Of a DNA stretch of 64,000 nt, positions 57,011-64,000 are shown in pieces (within the stretch, counting starts at the first letter, position 1; each line of letters opens with the position of its first letter). The notes under the pieces are model-generated. The model did not search any database. It was not told where the DNA came from and saw only the letters and a list, made by a program, of their open reading frames with translations. Source of the DNA: Verrucomicrobia bacterium ADurb.Bin006 (GTDB lineage Bacteria > Verrucomicrobiota > Verrucomicrobiia > Limisphaerales > J093); the NCBI GenBank assembly GCA_002071485.1, contig MWFF01000127.1, forward strand, positions 310 to 64,309, read 5' to 3'. The position numbers and the translations under genes are program-made.

Positions 57011-58636
57011 ATGCGCGCGCCCATCTTCATTGCCCTTGCACTCATGCTCTGCGCCGGTTCCGTGACACAGGCCGCCGCGCCCGCGGGCAGCAAAGAACGC
57101 CTGCGGCGTCTTGTACGCCTGCCTCGCCTCAGTCTGACCCTCGGCATGAGCTTCGATCCATTGCGCGGCATCGTTCTCATGCCCGACCGTGTCCTGGCCA
57201 TGTATGAGATCGAGGATTTGCGCAAGGGGATGCAGGACAACGCCAGCGACGCTCCGCGACACACGCGGATCGGGCGGCTGCTCGATGGGATCGGCAGTCA
57301 CAACGAGGCCCGCCAGGCCTACACCAATGCCGTTTCTCTGTATCGCCGTCAGGGCGCCGAGCAAAGCGATGACGGACCGACGCTGGCCGACTACGGCGCC
57401 GCGTTGCACGGTCTCGGGGAACTGGATGCCGCGGAGCGGGTGCTGCGCCGCGGCGTCCAGGTGGCGCCCGCCGCATGGAAACCGCACGCTGCCCTGGGCA
57501 GATTGCTGTCCGCCCAAGCGCTTGCATCGCTCGTGCCGGCGACGGGAAGCGCAGGAGCTGATCCGTTCAAGGCTTTGCTCTCCGGTGAGGCCGCATCCGG
57601 AAAGCTCAAGCCCGCCCAACTCGAACAGGCCCAAACGCGAATCGAGGAGTCTGTTCTCTGCTACGACCGCGCGATCGAGTCGGCGCCCGACGTTGCAGAG
57701 CCGTATACCGGACGCGCCGCGGTCCGGGTCTTTCACAATCTTCTCGGATGGTTGCGCAACCCCGATGCCGAGTCGGAACCGCAGCCCGTGCGTTTGGCCA
57801 GGGCGATGTACCCGCCGGAGGCGCTGCCGGACCTGCGGCAGGCAATGCGGCTTGCGCCGAAGGACCCGATGGCCCTGGGCACAGCCCTGTTGTTCGAGTT
57901 GTTCAGCAGCGCGCTCGAACAGGGATCGTTGCAGTCCGAATCCATCGGCACCGGCAATTCCTGGGCGAATCTGCCCGAGCGAACCCGCCAACCGGTCCGC
58001 GAATCGCTCACCCGACTCGAAGAAATGAGCCAGGACACGGAAAGCCACACCGCGGCTGCCGCGCTCGAATTGCTGGGGTCCTTGCAGTGTTTTGTCGTCA
58101 ATGATGTGCCGGGGGCCGAGCAAACCCTGCGTCGCGCCACAGCGTTGGATTCGAAACGAACCCAGGCCTGGGAGACGCTCATCTTTATCCTCGCCACGTC
58201 CAAACGGTCTGAGGCGCTTCAGGCGGTCTGCGAGGACCGGTTGAAAGCCGAGGAATCCGCCCGCGCACGCCTGTTCCTGGCCAAGAGCCACGAGATGCGG
58301 TCGGATTGGAACCGGGTCTTCGAAACGACCGAGACCCTCGAACGGCGCTACCCGGAGGACGTGTACGCCAATCTCGCCGCCGCCGCCGCCATCCTCCACA
58401 CCACACGGGACGAGGCCGGCCTGCGCCGCGCCGCCCAGTCCATCGCCAAAGCCGAGAAACTGCTCGGCGCCGCGCCCGCCCGCGACGAAGTCGTCAACCT
58501 GCTCTTCCTGCGCGGCCTCCTCTTCGCCCTGGCCGACGCCACCGAACCCGCCCTCCACCAACTCAGGCAGATCAAACAGATCGATCCGCATTTCGAGGGG
58601 ATCGAGGAAGCGCTGGAAATCGTCGAACAGATGTAG
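57011..58636 (+). CDS. Secreted TPR-like repeat protein
   Basis: MRAPIFIALALMLCAGSVTQAAAP (signal) followed by helical-repeat-like sequence (...ARQAYTNAVSLYRRQGA..., ...AERVLRRGVQVAP...). The ORF-track start at 56996 is a TTG. Confidence 0.7.
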   Translation: MRAPIFIALALMLCAGSVTQAAAPAGSKERLRRLVRLPRLSLTLGMSFDPLRGIVLMPDRVLAMYEIEDLRKGMQDNASDAPRHTRIGRLLDGIGSHNEARQAYTNAVSLYRRQGAEQSDDGPTLADYGAALHGLGELDAAERVLRRGVQVAPAAWKPHAALGRLLSAQALASLVPATGSAGADPFKALLSGEAASGKLKPAQLEQAQTRIEESVLCYDRAIESAPDVAEPYTGRAAVRVFHNLLGWLRNPDAESEPQPVRLARAMYPPEALPDLRQAMRLAPKDPMALGTALLFELFSSALEQGSLQSESIGTGNSWANLPERTRQPVRESLTRLEEMSQDTESHTAAAALELLGSLQCFVVNDVPGAEQTLRRATALDSKRTQAWETLIFILATSKRSEALQAVCEDRLKAEESARARLFLAKSHEMRSDWNRVFETTETLERRYPEDVYANLAAAAAILHTTRDEAGLRRAAQSIAKAEKLLGAAPARDEVVNLLFLRGLLFALADATEPALHQLRQIKQIDPHFEGIEEALEIVEQM

Positions 58637-58801
58637 AGGCCGTGCGGTCGCATCGACCCACACTCCTGAGCTTCACCGATAGCAGTTCGTATGCCCGTGC
58701 CGGTGACGAGCCCATGGGCAGGCAGACCAGCGCGTCCGGGACACGCCCAATCTCGCCCATGATGAATTCGGCGCCCGATCGGCTCATCGCCTCAATCTGG
58801 C

Positions 58802-60199
58802 TTATGGGATCGGCTCGTCGAGCAGCTTTCGGATCGCGCTCAGCAGGACGGCCTCCGCGTCCGGCGCGACATTCGAGGCCTCGGGGCTGGTCTCGTATCC
58901 ACCCTGTTCGTAAGCCACGGCGGTGCCAATATACCATGGGGCGTAGTCTCCATACGCAGCCATGGCCACGAATAGATCCGGACGCATCGCCTTGGCGGCA
59001 AGCTGGTATTCGACAAACAGCTCGCCTGGAAGATGCAGCAAACGGGCCCTACCCAGCGCCAGGCAGGCCACATCTGGGTGTTGTCCGGACTCGCACCGGC
59101 GCACCCAGGCGAGCCGGGACGCCGCACTCGACGCCGGGGGTCTGCCTTGATCGCCGCGGACAGCGGCTTCGAGTGCGGACGCACTCAGATGTTTCGCAGG
59201 CGGCAGCGCCACCGACTCGACCGTCCACTGCACGTCGCCTGGCCTGATGGGCCGGCGCTCGGTTGTCTCCCAGGCCTGGCGCATGCCGGCCGCAAGCCGC
59301 TCGGCCAGACGCAGCCTATTCTCATGCGCGCCGTCGTTGTACTTGCCTGCGCCCAGATTGCCGCCCGCACCGTTGAAATGGACATGCAAGGCGGACGGCA
59401 CCGCCAGTTGGCGGAGAAACCGGGCCAGGCCGGGGAAGTCCGGATTCGGCAAGCCGGTGCGGTAGTAGCTTTGCGGGTGGGTTGCGTAGTAGCTCAGAAC
59501 GGCCAGCGGTCGTTCCCCGTTCCAGAAGCTGATCAGGGACACGACAGGGTCAATCGTGCCCTCGGGCTCGGCGCGCAGTGCGGGATCGAGGGTGGTGGTC
59601 CAGCGTGTCGCCCGCACCTTGCCGTCCTCGCCCAGAAGGCGCCGGTTTGACGCGACCTGGTCGACGCGCGCCTCGCCCAGCCCCAGATGGGTGACGGGCT
59701 GTGCCTGAGCCAGCGACGCAGCCACGGCTCGTTCCAGATTCGCAATCACCTCGCGCTGAAAGGTGCCCTCGTACTGGCGTGCATCGAGCCCGGCCTCCTT
59801 GAGAATGCGCTCCGCCGAGAAGTCGCAATCCGGGGCGTCGTGCTGGTGGAGCGAATGCACGGCCACGCGGCGGACCGATGTGCTGGCCGCCCGGGCAAGC
59901 GCCTCACGAAACGCGTCATGGCCTCCGTTGGCGATCCCGATCCAGTCCACCGCGCAGAGCACGATCGGGTCGCCCGCCCCCGACAGCACGATTCCGCGCA
60001 CCCGCAACCCGAGGTCCCAGCGGTTGGTCACCGGATCGTAGGCCATTTGGGATCCGATGGGCGGCGTCGCATCGATGTCGAACGTAGCCAGGCACAGCGT
60101 TGGCGCGATTGACTGCGCGGCGATCGGCGAGTCTGCGGCCGGAAGGCGAACGCTCCACGCGCACGCCAAAACAAGGACAAGAGCGAAGCGGATATGCAT
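58802..60199 (-). CDS. Secreted hypothetical protein; weak resemblance to the neutral/alkaline ceramidase N-terminal superfamily
   Basis: [22 protein letters not shown] (signal) ...[18 protein letters not shown]...[25 protein letters not shown]...[10 protein letters not shown].... The family call is from memory only. Confidence 0.65.
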   Translation of the reverse strand: MHIRFALVLVLACAWSVRLPAADSPIAAQSIAPTLCLATFDIDATPPIGSQMAYDPVTNRWDLGLRVRGIVLSGAGDPIVLCAVDWIGIANGGHDAFREALARAASTSVRRVAVHSLHQHDAPDCDFSAERILKEAGLDARQYEGTFQREVIANLERAVAASLAQAQPVTHLGLGEARVDQVASNRRLLGEDGKVRATRWTTTLDPALRAEPEGTIDPVVSLISFWNGERPLAVLSYYATHPQSYYRTGLPNPDFPGLARFLRQLAVPSALHVHFNGAGGNLGAGKYNDGAHENRLRLAERLAAGMRQAWETTERRPIRPGDVQWTVESVALPPAKHLSASALEAAVRGDQGRPPASSAASRLAWVRRCESGQHPDVACLALGRARLLHLPGELFVEYQLAAKAMRPDLFVAMAAYGDYAPWYIGTAVAYEQGGYETSPEASNVAPDAEAVLLSAIRKLLDEPIP

Positions 60200-60553
60200 G
60201 GGGGCATGTTAAGCCGGGTTGCAGTCCGCGAAAAGAGAAAGTCTTGCCGCCGGGCCTGCCAGTCGTGCTACAGTGATGACCGTGAGAATCTTGACGGTGA
60301 CAGCATTGAGCGATCCAATCGGCGTTCGCCCGGCCCGTGGCGCGGCGAACCTCCACACTCTGACTCCACCCTGACCGTCTCCGTCCCGCCTGCCGGGCTG
60401 GTGGGGCCGTTCTCGTCTGATCCGACGCGTTCCGCGCCCAGAGTCCCGGCCTCCGCGGTCCGCGCGACGGATGTTCCACGCAGGCATTTGCGCCGGATTC
60501 TGACGGGAACAACGACCTCGACCGATCGAAGATGTTCGGGAACGAACCAAGCC

Positions 60554-62188
60554 ATGAAGACGTTGCCTTTTGAAGACGATGTGAAACGCCGCCGCACGTT
60601 TGCGATCATATCGCACCCGGACGCGGGCAAGACGACGCTGACCGAGAAGCTGCTGCTCTACGGCGGCGCCGTGCAGTTGGCCGGATCGGTCACGGCGCGC
60701 AAGCACCAGCGCGCCACCACGTCGGATTGGATGGAACTCGAGAAGAAGCGCGGAATCTCCGTCAGTTCGACGGTGCTGCAGTTCGAGTTCGGCGGCTACT
60801 GCGTCAACCTGCTCGATACGCCCGGTCACAAGGACTTCTCGGAGGACACCTACCGCGTTCTGACGGCGGTGGACGCGGCGGTGATGGTGATCGATGCGGG
60901 CAAGGGCATCGAGAGCCAGACACGCAAGCTCTTCGAGGTCTGCCGCCAGCGCGGGATTCCCATTTTCACCTTCATGAACAAACTCGATCGCCCGGCGCGG
61001 GGTCCTTTGATGCTGCTGGACGAACTCGAACGGGTCCTCGGCCTGCACCCGTGTCCGCTCAACTGGCCCCTGGGCGATGGCGCCGACTTTCGCGGCGTCT
61101 ATGACCGCCGTTCGCTGCAAGTGCATTTTTTCGAGCGCGTGCCGGGCGGCGCCTTCCGCGCCCCGGTCTCGGTGCATGATCTCGGGGATTCCGCCGTGCG
61201 GGACGCGCTGCCCGCCGATGTCTACACGCGCGTCGTCGAGGAACTGGCAATGCTCGAAGGCGCCGGATCGCGCTTCGACCCGGCGCGAATTCTGGCAGGG
61301 GAACAGACGCCGGTGTGCTTTGGCAGCGCGGTGCACAATTTCGGGGTGCAGCTTTTGCTGGACGCATTTCTCGAGCTCGCGCCGACCCCCCAGCCGCGCG
61401 TGGCAAACGGACACGTGGTGTCGCCCGCGGGGGACGGTTTCTCGGGGTTCATCTTCAAGATGCAGGCGAACATGGACCCCAACCATCGGGACCGCCTGGC
61501 CTTCGTCCGCATCTGCTCCGGTCGATTCGAGCGCGACATGACAGTCATTCACACCCGCACGGGCAAACGGGTGCGGCTGGCCTGTTCGCACAAGCTTTTC
61601 GGACGCAAGCGCGAGACCGTGGACGTCGCGTACGCAGGCGACGTGGTCGGATTGGTCGGCCATTCCGAGTTCCGGATCGGCGACACGCTTGCGGAGAACT
61701 CGGCATTGCGGTACGACGAAATCCCTCGGTTCGCTCCGGAGAGTTTTGCGTGGTTGCACAGCGCGAGCACGGCGCAGTTCAAGCGCTTTCGCGAGGGCTT
61801 GGCCCAACTACTCGAGGAAGGGGTGGTGCAGTCGTTCCGCCTGCCCAATGCCACCCAGCGCGTTACCCTGATCGGCGCAGTCGGCCCCCTCCAATTCGAG
61901 GTGGTCCAGTACCGCTTGCAGACCGAGTACGGCGCCGAGTCCCGACTCGAACCCGCGCCGTGGCAGTTGCTTCGGTGGGTGGTGGACGGCATGGTTGGCG
62001 AGCCGACGCTACCCTCTGGAGCGCGCCTGGCGATCGATGTCGCCGGTCAGACCGTGATCTTATTCACCGAGGAGTGGTCCTGCAATTTCTTCGCCGAGCG
62101 CAATCCCGGCGTGAAGCTGGCCGTTCTGCCTCCCAGGATTCCTGTCGACGGGCCGGAGGCGGCTTTGAGCGCGTCAGGCCACGGTTGA
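60554..62188 (+). CDS. prfC: Peptide chain release factor 3
   Basis: From the ATG at 60554: MKTLPFEDDVKRRRTFAIISHPDAGKTTLTEKLLLYGGAVQLAGSV...LLDTPGHKDFSEDTYR...FMNKLDR. The 120 upstream codons in ORF 60194.. are not coding-like. Confidence 0.93.
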   Translation: MKTLPFEDDVKRRRTFAIISHPDAGKTTLTEKLLLYGGAVQLAGSVTARKHQRATTSDWMELEKKRGISVSSTVLQFEFGGYCVNLLDTPGHKDFSEDTYRVLTAVDAAVMVIDAGKGIESQTRKLFEVCRQRGIPIFTFMNKLDRPARGPLMLLDELERVLGLHPCPLNWPLGDGADFRGVYDRRSLQVHFFERVPGGAFRAPVSVHDLGDSAVRDALPADVYTRVVEELAMLEGAGSRFDPARILAGEQTPVCFGSAVHNFGVQLLLDAFLELAPTPQPRVANGHVVSPAGDGFSGFIFKMQANMDPNHRDRLAFVRICSGRFERDMTVIHTRTGKRVRLACSHKLFGRKRETVDVAYAGDVVGLVGHSEFRIGDTLAENSALRYDEIPRFAPESFAWLHSASTAQFKRFREGLAQLLEEGVVQSFRLPNATQRVTLIGAVGPLQFEVVQYRLQTEYGAESRLEPAPWQLLRWVVDGMVGEPTLPSGARLAIDVAGQTVILFTEEWSCNFFAERNPGVKLAVLPPRIPVDGPEAALSASGHG

Positions 62189-62252
62189 GCCTAACGCGCC
62201 TATTTCCTGCCCCGTCAATGCACAAGGGGTCCGCTCTCGTATGATGTCTGGA

Positions 62253-62410
62253 GAGGAGCGCATCAGACCGAATCCAGTCCTCCCCATGAGGCGTCCCCGT
62301 GTTTCACCGTCCTTCTCTGCCGCGCCTCGCGCATTAGAATCCTTGACTCGTTTAACGCAGCACGGAAACTTGACTTGTCTGCAACGTGTTTCATCCGGTC
62401 AAGGATTCAA
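62253..62410 (-). repeat. Structured repeat family 2, copy Y (core module plus extension)
   Basis: The reverse complement reads TTGAATCCTTGACCGGATGAAACACGTTGCAGACAAGTCAAGTTTCCGTGCTGCGTTAAACGAGTCAAGGATTCTAATGCGCGAGGCGCGGCAGAGAAGGACGGTGAAACACGGGGACGCCTCATGGGGAGGACTGGATTCGGTCTGATGCGCTCCTC. A perfect 11-bp inverted repeat GAATCCTTGAC/GTCAAGGATTC brackets the core. Confidence 0.6.
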
Positions 62411-62484
62411 GGCGGTTTCGAAAGCCCGGATATCCGATCACGCGCACCGGTGTGAAACGTCCGGGCTGGGGATTGCACCCGGGG

Positions 62485-62742
62485 TCAGGTGACTTTCCGA
62501 ACGGCGTTTTCCGACCCGAACGGGTTGGAGACCCGGAGCGTGCTTTCGGGATCGTCCCGCCATTCTCCATCGACCATGAAACGGTAATGATAAACCCCCG
62601 GTGGCAGGTCCACGCTCGCCCTCCAAATCCCATGACCCGATTTCTTCATTGCGATCGGCTTCTCTTGCCAATGGGTAAAGTCTCCAACCAACAGGACACT
62701 CAGCGCGCCGGGACTCTTAAAACGAAACGTTTGCTTTGCCAT
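62485..62742 (-). CDS. Small CBM48 / AMPK-beta glycogen-binding-like domain protein
   Basis: From the ATG at 62742: MAKQTFRFKSPGALSVLLVGDFTHWQEKPIAMKKSGHGIWRASVDLPPGVYHYRFMVDGEWRDDPES.... Confidence 0.75.
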   Translation of the reverse strand: MAKQTFRFKSPGALSVLLVGDFTHWQEKPIAMKKSGHGIWRASVDLPPGVYHYRFMVDGEWRDDPESTLRVSNPFGSENAVRKVT

Positions 62743-63075
62743 AGTATCGGGCAAGAGTAGCACAGTCGGGCGGGTCCGCAAGAAAGTCCGGCACAGAAAC
62801 CCACACAAAGAACCCAAAACAGGTTTCACACCATATGCGGGAGCACCATGCTGGGGAGTTGCGGCGGGAGAGCGCGGAGTTGCGGGCCGAGGGGATCGTC
62901 GCGAAGGAGCTGAGGCGGGAGACGGCGTTGACGGTGGGATGGACCGCGCGCGGACTGGAACTGAGGACGCTGAAGAGCGCGGGGGTCGAACTGCATCGGT
63001 GGACCAAGGGTACTCAGGAGCGATGCGTTGGCGATGGCAAGACTACGGTTTGACCACAGTGTCGATGAATCGTGT

Positions 63076-64000
63076 TCATTGAAAAGGCTCACGAAAACCC
63101 GGCCGTCCGGGAACCGGTTCCGAACCGGGCACGGACCGTATCAGCCGGTCGGTCCGCGGCGTCGTGGGCGCCTCGAGGTCGCCGGTGGCGAACTGGATGG
63201 CATCCAGGTAGAACGCCAGAATTCGAGGCTCCCAGAACAACTCGGTGCGGTGACCGAACGAGGTGTTGAAGACGCGTCCCTTGCCGTGCGCCTTCACCCA
63301 GGCGAGGGCGAAATCGTTGTCTGTCCGGTTGATCCACTTCACGCCCATGTTCGAACGGGCCGGATCGAGCGAGAGCAGGACCCGCAGTTTCGCGCGGTCG
63401 TACGGCGGACCGTACTCGTATATCTCATCGGCGATCCGGAAGCTTTTTCCGCCAAACGCGGCCACTAGTGGATGTGATGGCTCCTCGACGGTCACGCCGA
63501 TCTCTTCGTTCCAAGGATGGCCGGTGAACCTGGCGCCGATCAACTGCTGGAACTCCGGCCAGTGCGCGTTCCCTGCGATGGCGAAATGAAGCGCCACCAC
63601 CCCACCGCCGTTCGCGACGTAGTCCAGGAAGCTGCGGCGAAGCGCTCGCTCGACGGACTCCGCATCGGCGCCCAATGCGCGGAAGGCATCCGTGGTGAGG
63701 TTGGCGGGAGTGGGAGTGATCCAGGCACCCGAGCTGTTGTTCAGGACCACCGCACCGAAGGCCCGGAGGTTCCCCGGCAGAAAGGCGCTCAGGTCATCGC
63801 TGATCACCGGCTCGAAGGCACCGCTCTTGCGACCGATCGCCTCCAAGGCGACGGCTCCGTACGGGATGCAGTAACCCTTGTGCGGGTCTTTCTCCATCAA
63901 GTGCGCAGGCGTGTTCCAGATCAGGACGCGGCGGGGCTGCTTCGGCGCTACCCGGGGCGAAGCAGGCGCCGCATCCCAGATTTGTTTGCGCTGGTGCTCC
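63076..64000 (-). CDS. ThuA-domain protein (5' end beyond the window)
   Basis: ...RVLIWNTPAHLMEKDPHKGYCIPYGAVALEAIG...GGGVVALHFAIAGNAHWPEFQQLIGARFTGHPW...EIYEY...AWVKAHGKGRVFNTSFGH. The frame stays open from 63900 to 64000 (EHQRKQIWDAAPASPRVAPKQPRRVLIWN...). Confidence 0.8.
   Translation of the reverse strand, partial: EHQRKQIWDAAPASPRVAPKQPRRVLIWNTPAHLMEKDPHKGYCIPYGAVALEAIGRKSGAFEPVISDDLSAFLPGNLRAFGAVVLNNSSGAWITPTPANLTTDAFRALGADAESVERALRRSFLDYVANGGGVVALHFAIAGNAHWPEFQQLIGARFTGHPWNEEIGVTVEEPSHPLVAAFGGKSFRIADEIYEYGPPYDRAKLRVLLSLDPARSNMGVKWINRTDNDFALAWVKAHGKGRVFNTSFGHRTELFWEPRILAFYLDAIQFATGDLEAPTTPRTDRLIRSVPGSEPVPGRPGFREPFQ

Noticed and set aside
60233-60250. GAGAAAGTCTTGCCGCC, resembling the RNase P RNA GAGGAAAGUCCGGGC (P4) motif.
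   Set aside because: Only GAAAGTC matches. None of the other universally conserved RNase P segments is visible in the 354-nt interval.
62835-63053. ORF 62835..63053 (MREHHAGELRRESAELRAEGIVAKELRRE...), reminiscent of leucine-zipper N-termini of IS3/IS66 transposase OrfA proteins.
   Set aside because: It is only a short purine-rich coiled-coil-like string with an internal DNA near-repeat (GGAGTTGCGG twice). There is no HTH, no downstream transposase frame and no inverted repeats. It is left uncalled.

Overview
GC-rich bacterial chromosomal window (about two-thirds G+C by eye, not computed) with about 50 credible protein genes. I found no rRNA, tRNA or CRISPR array. The gene content suggests a PVC-group organism, probably Verrucomicrobiota; this is inferred from family distribution, not from a search. 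The supporting genes are two PEP-CTERM-anchored proteins, two prepilin-N-terminus/H-X9-DG proteins, a lamin-tail-domain/CotH giant, a Tat-signal Gfo/Idh/MocA remnant, ThuA and an M56-secretin fusion. Housekeeping blocks are rplU-rpmA-obg (972-2799), clpP-clpX (10822-12795), acnA (22034-24883), prfC (60554-62188), and a minus-strand run thiG-hldA-gmhB-kdsB-pyrG followed by hflK-hflC-dynamin-like GTPase (56901 down to 48287). The accessory stretches between them contain five things of note. (i) A six-gene Hyf/Ech-like membrane complex (39780-47394) whose catalytic subunit has lost all four NiFe-ligand cysteines, preceded by an HTH-PTS-EIIA regulator. (ii) A BlaI repressor translationally coupled to a BlaR1/M56 sensor-protease fused to a secretin domain (19032-21646). 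(iii) Three repeat types: three copies of a 200-320 bp foldback MITE with 11-bp termini and 9-bp target-site duplications, three copies of a second 75-155 nt structured repeat, and one 288-bp foldback element. (iv) At least four gene remnants. (v) An MlaE-like permease paired with an ABC ATPase whose catalytic residues are degenerate. Many long ORFs in the supplied track are antisense shadows of real genes and were not called.
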